Of a stretch of DNA of 64,000 nucleotides, positions 1 through 12,929 are shown in pieces. Each line of letters opens with the position of its first letter. Within the stretch, counting starts at the first letter, position 1. Both the position numbers and the translations under genes were made by a program. The DNA is taken from positions 56,174,001 to 56,238,000 of the forward strand of contig NC_058382.1 in assembly GCF_018350175.1 (NCBI RefSeq), read 5' to 3'. Below the pieces are notes generated by a model, which saw only the letters and a program-made list of their open reading frames with translations, was not told the origin of the DNA and searched no databases. This DNA is from Felis catus. Lineage: Eukaryota.

Positions 1-80
1 CCCACCCCTGCTTGTACGCTCACTCTCTCTCTCTCTCTTTCTCTCTCTCTCAAAATAAATAAATAAGCTTTAAAAAAAAA
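1..80 (+). mobile_element. CAN-SINE (SINEC_Fc) 3' end, cut by window start
   Basis: (CT)n tract followed by CAAAATAAATAAATAA and an A-tail, the typical SINEC 3' end. Confidence 0.85.
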
Positions 81-149
81 GCTGGCAAGGCATAAGCTAG
101 AGGAGGCAGTGCGGCATTGGAAGAACAATGACTCATTTAAACGTTCTCT

Positions 150-893
150 TCCCATGAAATCCAGCAGCCACACTCTTTCATATTTACCCAGAGGAGTTGA
201 AAACTTAGGTCCACATGAAAGCCTGAATGTGGATGTTTACAGCAGTTTTATTCATACTTGCCAAAAGTTGGAAGCAACTAAGATGCCCTTCAGTAGGTGA
301 CTGGATAAATAAACTGGGGCACATCCAGACCAAGGAATATTATTTAACACTAAAAATAAATGAGCCACCAAGCCATGAAAAAACATGGAGGAAACTTACA
401 TGTATATCACTCAGGGACAAAAGCCAATCTAAAAAGGCTATGTACTGTGTCATTCCAAGTCTATGACATTCCCGAGAAGGCAAAACTTGAGAGACAGTGG
501 AAAAAATCAGTTACAGGGCTTGGTGGGGAGAGAAGGATGAGTAGACAAAGCACAGGGGATTTTTAGGGCAGTGAAAATACTCTGTATGATACCACAGTGA
601 TGGATGCATGACATTATGTTTGTCCAAACCCATATAGTGTACAACACCAAGAGTGAACCCTAAGGTGGACTCTGGACTTTGGGTGATTATATGTATCCAT
701 GTTGGTTCAGCACTTATAACAAACATACCTCTCTAGGGGCAGGGGGAGTTGGCAACGGGGCGGGGCACAATCTATGTATTGGGGCAGAAGGCATATGGGA
801 AATCTTGTGCCTACACAAGGCACATAATTTTGCTATGAACCTAAAATTGCTCTAAAAGAATTATGTCTTTAAAAAGAAAATAAAAATAAAAAA
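150..893 (+). mobile_element. L1 3' end (ORF2 C-terminus plus 3' UTR), L1MC-like
   Basis: ORF 227-466 MFTAVLFILAKSWKQLRCPSVGDWINKLGHI resembles the L1 ORF2 C-terminus (MFIAALFTIAKTWKQPKCPS..EW); 3' UTR motif GTACAACACCAAGAGTGAACCCTAA; A-rich tail at ~871-893. Confidence 0.9.
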
Positions 894-3800
894 GAGTAGT
901 GATATGGTCAGGACAAGGATAGGAGTGGAATGCCAGGGAAGGGTTACAAGAACTACAAAGTCAGAATTTAGCCGCTGCCTCTTTTCTACCCGTGACTTGG
1001 CAGGTTCTTGCTAGAGTTGAGATTAGATTCCAGAGCAGGCTTCTGCCTGGTACAACTTATACCACCACCCGTGCGGTCCCCCACCATGGCCCACCTATTA
1101 GTAATGATAATAATGCATAAGATGTGTTCAGAACGGTGTGCCCCATGTAATCCCTTTAGCCACGTAGCCTTCACAACAATGTCTTTGGGAGAGGAGGAGC
1201 CTGGGATCCAGCAATCTTAAGCAAATTGTCCCTTGCTGCACAACTAGTCAATAGCAAAATTGCCCCCCCCCTTTTTTTTTCAACTCAGTTGCCTGCAAGT
1301 GTCTTAACCATGATTCCTGCCAGTACTGTTCTGTCTAAACAGACCCAGGCACTTACCAGTGGTTAGCAAGTCTGACTTCTTCAACCGATGAAAATATTTC
1401 CAAAAGGAACAGCAAAGAAATGGAAGTTGTAATGAGTTTTGAAGGCAAGGCTCCCGTCCCGAAGCTTGCTCAGAACTGGTCCTGGCGGAAGTGAATTCTG
1501 CTTCTGAGTGTGCAGAGGGGGATGGGGCTCTGCCGTCCTGGAATCTATGACTTGTGAGAGCAGAGAATGTGGAAGTTACACGCTCCATTTAGACATCAGT
1601 GTTCTCTACTACAAAATGGTCCCCTAGTTCATTAATCAGACTCTCCAAATTTGTTTAACTCATTATTTATAACATCGTTAAATCCAGTGACACCAAAAGG
1701 TGTCACCGTGAGCAGTGGGCAAGTCTGACTTTAATCCTCAGAAAATGTGTAAAATGTCTTTCTCTCCTTCCCTTATCAAGAATGCTGGATGGAAGCAAAT
1801 GTTAAATTTGCACAGTGTGCAATGGTCTAAACTTTCACTGAATCCTAATCGACTTAATACCCTGTTGCCTTCTTGAAACTGGATGATGAAATGTAACTCT
1901 GAGACAGCTTAAATAGAACTCAGGCCTGGATGCTTCCTGCAAAATGGCTTAATTTGGTGGTTATTGCACGAGCGTTGTATGTGCAGTGATCAAATCCTGT
2001 GTTTTCAATTGTCCTTTTTATGGCCAATTAAGATAGTCTTAGGATATAGATTTAATATCGGACTAGTCTAATGTAACACACTAAAACGTGGCCTCCAGTT
2101 ATAGGGTGCGGGGCGGGGGCGAATGTCTCTTTTGACAGTGGTTCTCTGGATAAGTTTTACAGGCTTCTATTTCTGAATTGAGTCTGAGGCCGAAGCAGCA
2201 CATTTTGGAAATGGTTTTGTAAACTGTAACGAAGGTATCTTTCTTGAGCAGCTTCCTGCTCAAAGATGGCAGAGTGCTTTACAAACTTATCAAAGTGATA
2301 TACAGGGATCGTTTTACTCTCTGCTGAAATACAGGGACCCGCGGGGAGCTGCAGTCAGCAGTGAAAAATCTTAGAGTTGCCAGGTTGACACTGGGGACAG
2401 AGGGTGCACAGCATTTAAAACACCCTCCTAAATGGCAGGGCCTGTTCAGGTGGATGCAAGAGCTATGTGCTGGGATGACACCTGCTCCAAGGTGACACTT
2501 CTGCAGAAGGTAGTCATGTGAGTTTTGATGCTTGTCTGTCCCAGATGGGGTGGTTGTACAGCTCCTTGTCAAGTTGATTCTACCCTTGGATCATTCAGTT
2601 CTTATGAGCCACTTTAAGGTACCTTCTGATAGACACACTCTAAAAAATGGGCACGTTTCACTGCTCTCCATTTTTTAGCATAGGAGATCATCAGAGGGGA
2701 ACTGATATATCACGGCCTCTTGAATGCCAATTAACTACCGGAAGACCCATCTGAATGATAAGATGAAGGAAACACAGTCTGGGCTTCAAGGGACATGCTC
2801 AAAACATTTCTGAGCAGAAGCCTTTTTGACTGTTTTAATTAGTACTTTAAAGTCATTCGCATTTAATACATCAGACGTTTCTGTGTAGATGACAACGTTT
2901 AAATGCCTCCAGACGGTGTATTCCTTTTTATGCTCTTATGATTTTATGTAGAGTTCAAAGTTCAGCTCCATGGGATAAACATGTATTCATTATCCTCCAC
3001 ATACATGACCACATTCGAGAATGCAGAACATTAGGGAATGCAGAAAGAAATTAATCCGTGGGCTCCAAGGAGCTCAGTATAGTCGGTGAGAGATTCGGGT
3101 ACAAATAATTCAAATAAAAGGACGACTCTGAAAACACCATGATAGATACACACACACAAAGCCTGGTAGCATATTTAGTGATGTTGTCAGCATTTTTACA
3201 CTTGTTGAAATATGTGATTGTCATATCTCTTAATTTTATTTATGAATTAAGAAGGCAGGAGGCTTAGAGAATCTTCCCCCAGTGGAAGATGGTTGCAAAA
3301 TATATAGAATTTATATCTCTGCATTCTTATGTGACACATTTGGGTTTTTCTTAGACAAAATTGTATTTGCCATAGTTCTGATTAACATGTAGCAGACTGA
3401 AATATGTGGAAATATTCAAAGACTGAAGAACTGGAAAGCTCCCATATGCACTCACACGGCCACTCACCGTAAAGGTGATTACTAAGAAATATGAGGGGGC
3501 AGATGAGAGCGCGGGGCCTTTGTCTCCAAACCAATATGACAGAACAACAGTAACTTATGGGGAGTGGGGTCAGTGAGGAAGGAAGGCTGAATGTTTGGTG
3601 TCATCAGAGAAGGTAAATGGAAGGAAGACTCACAAATGGGAGGGAGGAACAGGCCACATTAACTGTAGGGGGCTAGATGATACCATGGGGTCAATGGGTC
3701 CATGGAAGAACATGACCATGCTGGTCTCATGGTAGTAAGTCCACCAGAAGGGCATATAGGCTTAAGCCAGACAGGTGTCCGGTTCGGGGGAAAGAATATT

Positions 3801-3949
3801 TGAGCTCAAACGCAGAGAAAAAAGTAGACATTTTTAACAACTGGATACACCAACACAGCACAGCAACAGAAGAAACAATCGTTCTTCAAAGGGAAATTCT
3901 GATTATAGAATTGCAAAACCCTGCAAGATCATTGAGAAAGGAGAAAGAG

Positions 3950-4585
3950 AGAGAACATATATCCCCAGAGGTATGTGGTGACAAAATACGGACTTCTTTA
4001 ATAAACTTGGTTTAAAAGACAGCATATAAAATAAACTGAGGTGTATATGAGGAGCACGACCCATCATAACTGCATAGGTGCCTAAAACCTCTTGACAACT
4101 GTAAGCTTCGAATAAGCCAAAGACAGTAGAAATAGGTTTGTCCAGGCAATTGTGCGCAGACCTGCTGTCCAGCAGACGGTTCCCTGGTAAAAGATGACAG
4201 AGCAAACTCAGAACCACGCAGGCTCAGGTTACCTCCATTTTTATGACCAAAGAAAATAATCATCACCTCATAAAAGGGTTGAAAAATATAAATAGGAGAA
4301 AATTGGAGTCCAAGATAGTCGAGAAGATGATAAAAGTGCATCCTATTGATTTAAGCGAGTTCACATCTACAGGACTAGATGAATTATCTCTGACAGAGGA
4401 CACTGAGAACATTGTGATTACAATCTCAGCAACAATTTCTGTAATTTTTGAGTCATCATGGAGAAGAGACACGTGAGTGGATAAGAGATGCGCAAGGCCA
4501 ACATTTTTGAAAGAGACTGTAAGTTCTGGAAATCAAAGACCATGAAGATGAACTTAATTCTTAGTAAAACTCTGAACAGATCTAT
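3950..4585 (+). mobile_element. CR1/L3 LINE ORF2 fragment, degenerate
   Basis: Translation EFTSTGLDEL...ISVIFESSWR, then GN.RP..LILSKTLN-like sequence, resembles CR1 KSxGPDxLHPRVLKEL..PLSIIFEKSWRTGEVP..GNYRPVSLT..GKILEQI. Confidence 0.75.
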
Positions 4586-4609
4586 CCATTGGTCACCATT
4601 TCTCCATCC

Positions 4610-4740
4610 ATCTCTCCATCCATAAATTTCTATTCATTTGGAAAATATTGACTGAATACCTACTGTGTGCTGGGCACTGGGGGTACACTAGAAAACAAAA
4701 TGTAAATAGCCCAGTTCTATTAGGACTTAGATTCAAAGGT
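4610..4740 (-). mobile_element. L2 3' end fragment
   Basis: CATTTGGAAAATATTGACTGAATACCTACTGTGTGCTGGGCACTGGG matches the reverse of the L2 tail. Confidence 0.65.
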
Positions 4741-4856
4741 AGGGGGGTGGGGTGGTTATAAAAGGACTCTGTAAATTCTATGAGGATAATAGTGAGATCC
4801 TTCAAAGGCTAATGTCAAAATCAAGGAAGAATGACAGCTGGATTGGTTCACAACCC

Positions 4857-5400
4857 CTGTGTTACTCAGGACTTTTTCCATTGTAAATGCCAGAAACTCA
4901 ATTAAAATTGGTCAAGGCAAAAGGGTGTGTTGTGGTTTGTGTATGTGAGAAGTCTATGAACAGTCCTGGCCTCCAGACTGGCTGGGCATTTACATTCACA
5001 TACCACCTATCACTAGGACTTTCTCTTCTCTTCATCTCTCTGCTTGGCTTTCTTCTACGTTGGTTCCATTCTCTTCACTTTTTGTTTTTTTTTTGGGGGG
5101 GGGATTGTTTGTTTGTGTGTGTGTTTTTTTGTTTTGATTTGTTTTGTTTTGACAGTAAAAATAGCTTCCTGTATTTCCAGGCCCAAGCTCTCTCTCCACA
5201 GCCTTTGCAAGGGAGAGAGGATCTATTCCCCCCCAGAATAAAATTCACTTTTATCAACATGGGTCATGTGTATCTCCATGAATCAGCTCCATGGCTAAAG
5301 GAGACCAAATAAACTGATGGCACTGGTCTGGTTCAAGGTCAGATGTCACCTCATGCACCAGGACAGAGTCAATTTGTCATTCAGATGGACTACGGCTCTG
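4857..5400 (-). mobile_element. Old MaLR LTR (MLT1J/K-like), degenerate
   Basis: Begins TGTGTTACTCAGGACTTTTTCCATTGTAAATGCCAGAAACTCAATTAAAATTGG, like the reverse-strand end of old MLT1 LTRs. Confidence 0.5.
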
Positions 5401-5419
5401 TGAGAGTAGAGAGGGAAAG

Positions 5420-5673
5420 CATTCATACCATTAAGTATGATGATAGATTCAGGGTTTTTTGTATATGTACTTTATCATGTTAAGGAAGTTCCTTTTCTAC
5501 TGCAAGTTTATTGAGAGTTTTTATCATGAATTAATGTTTGGATTTTATCAAATGCTTTTTCTGCATTTATGTATTACTTTGGTTATCTGTGTCTTCTCCC
5601 CCCACCACCTTTTTTTTCTTGGCCAGTCTAGCTAAAAGTTTGTCAATCTTGATATTTTGATTTTCTCTATTTC
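5420..5673 (-). mobile_element. L1 ORF2 fragments
   Basis: CCATTAAGTATGATG...GGATTTTATCAAATGCTTTTTCTGCAT is the RT region (DAEKAFDKIQ on minus); IDKLLARL in the minus-strand translation. Confidence 0.85.
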
Positions 5674-5878
5674 TTTTTAGAAATTTATTTATATATTTTG
5701 ACAGAGAGAAAGAGAGAGCAAAGCAGGGGCAGAGAGAGATGGAGAGAGATAATTCCAAGCAGGCTCCACACGGTCAGTGCAGAGCCCAACACAGGGCTCA
5801 AGTCCACAAAGTGCAAGATCATGAACTGGGCCAAAATCAAGAATCGGACACTTAACCAACTGAGCCGCCCAGGTGCCC
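5674..5878 (-). mobile_element. CAN-SINE (SINEC_Fc)
   Basis: Full reverse SINEC: TTTATTT..GAGAGA..AGCAGGCTCCACA..AACTGAGCCGCCCAGGTGCCC. Confidence 0.93.
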
Positions 5879-6273
5879 TGCCTCCATTGCTTTTCCACCT
5901 CACACTTTACAGAGGCCACTGGCAAGCTAAATTTTATCTGGCTAGGCAACTATGTCATATGAGGAACTAGGACAGGCAGGCAAGGAAGGCACATGAAAAT
6001 GGAATTCAAATCTCTGCCCTTCATTACAGAAGAGGAAATGAGAAAAGCATTTCACCATCCAGAAGTGGAAGTCAGATCAGCATATACAACTTGCAGACAA
6101 AGCAAAAGTGGCCAATGTCCCCACCAATCCTAGAACACAAGCCCCAGATCATACAGGTTTGGATCGAATTCCGGGCCTTACCCTCTGCTAACTGTATGTA
6201 TTAGATAATGCATGCTGCTATAACAGATAAGCCTCCAAAACCCAGCAGCTTACTGACTAGAAGTTTATTTCTT

Positions 6274-6525
6274 TTTTTTTTTTATTTAAAAAAAATTTTT
6301 TTATCGTTTATTTATTTTTGAGACAGAGAGAGAGACAGAGCATGAACGGGGGAGGAGCAGAGAGAGAGGGAGACACAGAATCGGAAACAGGCTCCAGGCT
6401 CTGAGCCATCAGCCCAGAGCCCGACGCGCGGGGCTCGAACTCACGGACCGCGAGATCACGAGATCGCGAGATCCTGACCTGAGCTGAAGTCGGACGCTCA
6501 ACCGACTGAGCCACGCAGGCGCCCC
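6274..6525 (-). mobile_element. Young CAN-SINE (SINEC_Fc) with 18-bp TSD, inserted in an old MaLR LTR
   Basis: CpG-rich, near-consensus; perfect TSD ACTAGAAGTTTATTTCTT at 6256-6273 and 6526-6543. Confidence 0.97.
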
Positions 6526-7837
6526 ACTAGAAGTTTATTTCTTGCTCTCAAGAGAACTGCCCATGAAATGTTTTATGATTCAGGCCTGGTAGCAGGGAAC
6601 CCCACTCCTGTGCAGAGGGACCTGACCTAAGAGAGGCTGGAAAGTTCGTCCAGCCACGTGCCCGAAAACATCTCTTTGGTGAATCACTAGTCAGTTTGTG
6701 CCACACTCTATAATTTGGAGTTTATCTTTATGAGCTTTTGTTTCCTTATATGTAAAAAGAGGATAATAATGTCTGTCCCATGAGCATCCCCCATGCTCCT
6801 CAGTGTCTGGCACAAGGGGGGAGCTAATGAACATTTGTTACATGCGTGAATGAATCGGCAGGTGGATAAAGTTGGTGTAAGGACTGGCATATGCAGCACA
6901 CTTCAGATCATGTCTGATTTACAGCAAGGGTTCAGTCCATGACTGTAGTTGCTTGTTGCTGTTGTTCTTGATGCTTTATAAAGGGATGAAGCTGGACAAG
7001 AACACTGAAGAGCTAAGTCTCTCTCTGGAAGCTTTCCGGCAAAAGCCAACTCTCCTGCGTGTCATAGAGTGGAGTCCCACCCTGGCATGTCCCTTGAGTC
7101 TATGTGATCTAATGGGACATCACACACACCACAGATTCACTTGCTCCCTTGAGACTCAGTTTCCACAGTTTTAAAAACCTACTTATCACACTAGCCACGG
7201 TGATTTATTGAGATAAACATATGGGGAACTCTGGGGAAAAAGCCTGGAGCCTGGAGAGGGTAGGTGCTTAATAAAATATTTGGGCTTCCACCCCCCTTTT
7301 ACTTTGCTTCTCTGTTGCTTCTATGACATAGACAACAGTCTTTATTAATTGCATTGGAAATGATTTGTTGTAATTAAAGATCAAGGGAAAAATCACGGGT
7401 TGGAGACTGGAATTGTAGTTCTGCAGTTCCAACCATTCTTCCTTGCAAGTGATCACAGAGTCCCTTAATCTGGGCCCCAAAGGCAGTGGTTTTTGTTCCG
7501 TAGACTTGAGGTATCTGGCAGCTGGCTTCTCAGAACTTCTAAGAACTGTTAATAGGTAAATAAATCACGAATCAGAGATTCTTATATTGAACCAAAGTTG
7601 ATGGAGGGCTAAATAAGTCATTTCCTAGGGAAACTAGTTATCTACAATGTTTCTGTAAGATGATGATCACGTTTAGCGAAACAGAAGGTAATGATGAAGG
7701 ACTTACCTTCTACATGGTTGCTTTAGGACAAAATGCAGAGTTGCTGACTCCTTTGTTCCGAAACAACGTAAAACCCCACACCATCCCCTCCACCCAGTGT
7801 ATCAAAGTCACCATTATTTAAAAACAAAAACAAGTTA

Positions 7838-8070
7838 GGGCACCTGGATGGCTCAGTCAGTTAAGCATCCAACTTCGGCCCAGGGCATGATGTCATGGTT
7901 TGTGAGTTCAAGCTCCGCGTTGGGCTCTGTGCTGACAGCTCGGAGCCTGGAGCCTGCTTTGGATTCTGTGTCTTCCTGTCCCTCTGCCACTCCCTGGCTC
8001 ATGTTATCTCTCTCTCTCTCTCTGCCTCTCAAATAAATAAATAAATAAATAAATAAATAAAAACAAAACA
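7838..8070 (+). mobile_element. CAN-SINE (SINEC_Fc)
   Basis: GGGCACCTGGATGGCTCAGTCAGTTAAG head, B-box GAGTTCAAGC, (CT)n, (AAAT)n tail. Confidence 0.95.
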
Positions 8071-9863
8071 AGTTTAGAATTAGGATACAATCCATCTAGC
8101 AATTGAGTGGTTCCAGGGGGGAACAATCAAAACAGTGTTCATTCAGGTGGCAGCCGCGGTGGTGGTAGTATGTTGGCTTTTTCTCAGCTGCTGTGCATTT
8201 CGCTGTGATTTTCACTTCTGCAATACCACTTCAGTCGTTGGAGCCATTACGTCCGATCCTGTGTTGTCAATGGGGTCCTGAGGTTATTCCAGCACCTTAA
8301 GAAAAGCCGCCATCTGCCTACTTTTAGAGCTTTTAACATAAACCCGGAGAACACCGGGAAAGCGGGTGAGTTACCGTTATCAATATGGAATGTGAGGTTT
8401 CCTGTACAATAGCACCACCTCTTTTAAGTCACCGTGGCCAGTGCTTTGCAGAATGCATAATGATATAATAAATAATGTGTGTGCCGAGTGAAAGCTTTGA
8501 GTAATGGAACTAGCTAACATTTAGAATTTTATTAGGGACGAACTGTCTCAGATGTTCTTAGTGCTGTTATTACCCCCTCGTTAAAGCTGGTAATTTTTGT
8601 TTTTAAAGCACTTTGGAGACACTCATTGATACATGTCTGAAAAAAAAAAGAGATATTCCTTTTTTTTTTTTTTACTTAAAAAACAGTTCCCAGGAGACTT
8701 TAGCACCATGTAAGAATAATACTCTGATTGCTCAAGTGGGTGGATTGTGCAGTCTCTATTTTTCATTCTTTAATCATCTTAAGAGATCCTAGCTTTCTTC
8801 ACCATGAAGTGCAGACGGGGTGCTGTATGATTCCCCTTGTCGAGAGGATGAGGGAGGACAGAGCTCACCAGAGACCCTGATCCTCCTGGGTGCTGCTTCT
8901 GTCTGCTCTCAGTCATACCCAACAGCTCCTGAGCTCCTTATCAAAGAGAGAAGAGCTAACATAAAATTTTTAAAAAGGCCCAGTGCAACTGTGACCACCC
9001 AGTACCCAAACCGGTGTTTAAAGGGGAGCATTTGCTCCCTGTTCCTGCAAATAATTGCCACATGGGAGTGTAGACCCATTGTTGCTTGATGCACCCATTT
9101 ATCAGTGAGAGCTGGAAATAAACCGTGCATGGTGTGTGTTCAAGGTAGGAAGAAGGAAAAAAGGCAGTGCCACTCTTTAATCAGGCAAGCCAACACTGGC
9201 CATGGAAATGCCTGACAGAGTTCTGCCTAAGTCTCACTGACGAGGACAGATCAGGTGGTCACCCTACCTGCACCCTAGGCTCAGAAAGTATTTACCCCCT
9301 CAGCTGTCGTGGAAGCCAGGCCAGGCAGAAGGGAGTTAGGAATGGGTGTTGGGCCAGCTAGCCTTAACTGCCTGCCAACAAGTACACATTATATTTAAAT
9401 ATTGGCTCTATATTAAGGGAAACAAAACATGTCAACGAGCCAGATATGGCCCACAGGCCTTGAGTCTATAACCTCTACATGAGACAAACCAATGTCTGTC
9501 CTTGGTATCTCTCTGCCTGTCACTTCAATCCTGTAATTTCCAGATTCATTGTCTCCAAGCTCTTTACCACCAAGGACTTGTCTTACTTTTTTTTTTTTCC
9601 CCCTGTTTTCTCCCTGGAATCCATCTGTTGGAACATTCTGTCTACAAACTCCTTTTGTTAGGTAATAATGAGTTTTCTCATTTTAAAAAATTCAACAAAG
9701 ACTTGCAGAACTGCCAACCAGAGCCTCTGATCGACACAGGATAACCAGCAGGAGAGTTGGTAGAATTCCAGACAACAATAAAAAAAATAAATAAATAAAT
9801 GAAAAGACATTTTAATTAGACTGTGCAACTTTATCTTGGGTAAATAGATACATTCCACTGTGA

Positions 9864-10087
9864 CAGGGGTTGCTAACTTTTTCTTTGAAGGGTTGGATAA
9901 TAAATATTAGAGGCTTTGAAGGCCATATGGTCTGTGGTGCAACTCTTCAACTCCATGCCATTGTAGTGCAAAAACAGCCATGGACAATATGTAAATGAGT
10001 GGGTGTGGCTGTGTGCCAATAAACCTTTCTTTTTTAGAGAAAGCCTGTGGGTCAGATTTGGCCAGCGAACCATAGTTTGCTGACCCT
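9864..10087 (+). mobile_element. MER58A-like hAT DNA transposon relic
   Basis: CAGGGGTTGCTAACT...GGCTGTGTGCCAATAAA...AGTTTGCTGACCCT, imperfect terminal inverted repeats. Confidence 0.85.
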
Positions 10088-10595
10088 TTCAGGATGCCTT
10101 TAAAGGTATTAAACTGTTTTCACACCCCACTTCCTACTAACTTTAGGGGTCCTTATTGGGAACACTGATTTGGATAATAAAACTTGCCCCAAACCACTCT
10201 CAGCCTGTTCTGACTTGCGCTTTGGTTCTCAACACTATTCTTAGAAATGATGTCCCCACGTTCTTCCCTGTACCATAAAGCTTATCCCTGGCTTTGGGCT
10301 TGACTCTTTCTGTAGAAGTCTAGGTCACTAGTGAAGGCAACAATCACTCGATCACTAGATGGAGGCCAAATCTCTTAGCTCTTTAGGCACATGAGTTTTG
10401 GAGACTAAGCTAGGTGAGAATTCCAACTCTGCTGCTCTCCATATTTGTAGCTATAGTCATTTCGACCTCTTTGAAATCTGAGGGATGGGCAGGACGACTC
10501 CAACCAAACCTGAGTTCTCATCTTAGCTTTGTTGGTGAAGGGTTGTCACCCATCCACTAATGACTACGATGTACTCTGCTATGCTTTTATACCAG

Positions 10596-11067
10596 TGTCC
10601 AGTTATACTTGTATAGCAAACAACTACCAATGTAGTGGCTTAACGCAATAACACTCATTTATTTTACTCATGAATATGCAATTTTGGAGGGTCGATGGGG
10701 ACTGTTCATCTCTGTTTTTCACCGTGTCAGCTGCAGCAGCTTGGAGGCCGGAGTCGCTCAACAACCAGAAGCTTGAGTCATTTAAGATTTGTTCCTTAAT
10801 GTGTCTGGGGGTTGGTTGATGCTGGCTCTTGGCCAGAACGCCCACATGTGGCTGCATGGGCTTCCTTATAGTATGGTGGCTGGTGCCAACAGGGAGCATC
10901 TCAAGAGCAAGTACCATATTTTACAGTGGTTGGGGCAGTGAAAAGTTCCACTGAGGTTCAAGGGGATGCAAAGACAAGAGGCACGTCACTGTAATTCACG
11001 TCACATGAAGAGCATTATAGATGCGATATATGGTGGCAGCACTTTTGGGGAAATTCAGTCTTCCACA
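10596..11067 (-). mobile_element. MaLR LTR (MLT1F/G/H-like)
   Basis: AAACAACTACCAATGTAGTGGCTTAACGCAATAAC...GGCTTCCTTATAGTATGGTGGCTGG...CTTCCACA. Confidence 0.75.
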
Positions 11068-11279
11068 GAAAGTATAACTTGAACTATTTTCAGCCAGTGT
11101 TCTACCATCTTCATAAAGCCTCTGAGTTGAAATCATATAAGGATTCTTCATATGAGTAGACACTGCCTGCCTAACAGTCAAGATTTGGGTGTTCAGATGA
11201 CCAAAAACAGGTAAGGAGTCTTCAAATATGGTCTTCCCTCTTCCAGTAATTTTTCCTTCTTCTTTCTCTGGGAAATTCC

Positions 11280-11512
11280 CATTTATATTTTAAATTTCAG
11301 CTTAGAATTTATCCCTTAGTGTTTTCCCTCCTAGGCCTGATATTTTCCCCATCAAATCTCTTACCATACTGTACTTCAACTTCCTGGTTATGTCTCTGGT
11401 TCCTGTCTAGACTCTGAGTGATAATACAGAAGAGACCGTGCCTCGGTTACTCACCATTCAGTTCTCAGCACAGACACACTCTCTAGCACACAACAGAGGA
11501 CCAATGAATGAG
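11280..11512 (+). mobile_element. L2 3' fragment
   Basis: CTAGACTCTGAG...TCTAGCACACAACAGAGGACCAATGAATGA resembles the L2 tail. Confidence 0.55.
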
Positions 11513-12929
11513 GGATCAGTGCTAATGATGTTTCTTTACATTTCTGTATGCAATAATGAGTCACTGAACATCAAGAGAACTAATTGATTCTTCATAAACA
11601 ACGTTTGGGCCCTTTCAAAAGAGTGGTTATTGTTTGTACATATGGGGGCTGTGAGATAAAACTGCTGATAAGCTCATAGTCTAGTTATGGAGGCCTGTGG
11701 TTCTAATCATTTACATTTATGCATCCTTACTACATACAGGGGCATTGAGCAATTTCATTGTGCCACTAAGGATTATTAATTTAATCCTTGCAGCAGCCCT
11801 TTGAGGTTAGTCCTAAAATTGACAGCATTTTGTAGATGGAAAGAAATAAAATCATGGTTAGTAAATGCTAGAGCCAAGATTCAATCTGGGTGTAGATAAT
11901 GGATTTCTTCCACAGCATAGACAATGTAAAATGCAGTGCTTGGAGTAAAGTGACAGAGGTGGCACGGAGAACAGTGGAAGGTGCAAAGGAAGGAATGAGC
12001 AGTTTTATTTAGGGGTGGGGTTAGGAGAGTCTCTGGAGCAAATGGGTGGAAGGCTGGGGTGTGGCTAGCTCTCATGGAATTTTCTGTAAAAGAAGACAGG
12101 AATATGGCAACCCTGTAGCAACACCAGGCAGCTTATCAATGCACCAAAGAAGCTCTATGGGAAAGAATGGGAAGGTATGGGCTGCTGGCTTAGTATATCC
12201 TTGGAACTCACAGGGACCCCAAGATCTGGGAGCATGGTCCCAGAGAAGCTAATAAGGGCCAAGAAAGCAGAGACCTGGGAGAAATGCAAACATGTCTTAT
12301 CAGGTGCTCACAGGAATTATGGTTGCCTAGGACCACAACTATGGTGTGGCGGTAGCTTCCAAAGAAAGCCAAAGGAGGAAGATGAAGGGATGAGCTAAAT
12401 CACAAAGCAAGGGGCTGTTGGCAGTCCCCACAGAGACAGGGTAGATGCTTTCGAAACTACACCCTTAGTTTCAATGTTGTGTTGCTTTTCTACTTAGTTC
12501 ACCCCTCATCGGGACAGGACAATTCAGAGCTTCTCCGACTCTGCATATTTCTAAAGATAGGTGCCAGCACTACATAGATTTTGTTTCTTTTCAAACCAAA
12601 ATTATTCTTTCATTTTCCCTCTTTCTAGGTGTCTTAGTTTCTGTAATTATAAATGCTGTATATGCTCTTTGAAAAAAAATAGTAAGGAAGTGAAAAAATT
12701 AAAACCTGAAAGTTTCTACTCTGTCACTTCCATTGTACCAGAAAAGGGGTAACCACTATATGTAATTTGGTATGTTTCCTTCTAGATGTTTATCAAGCTG
12801 TATACAAGCAGATACAAAAGTATTTTTTCCATGTGATCATACCATTTATACTGTTAGTACTGGTCTGCCATTTTCCCATTTTCTCTTGTGTGTATGTCGG
12901 GGAGGGGGGCGAGGTGGGAGGGAGGGAGA

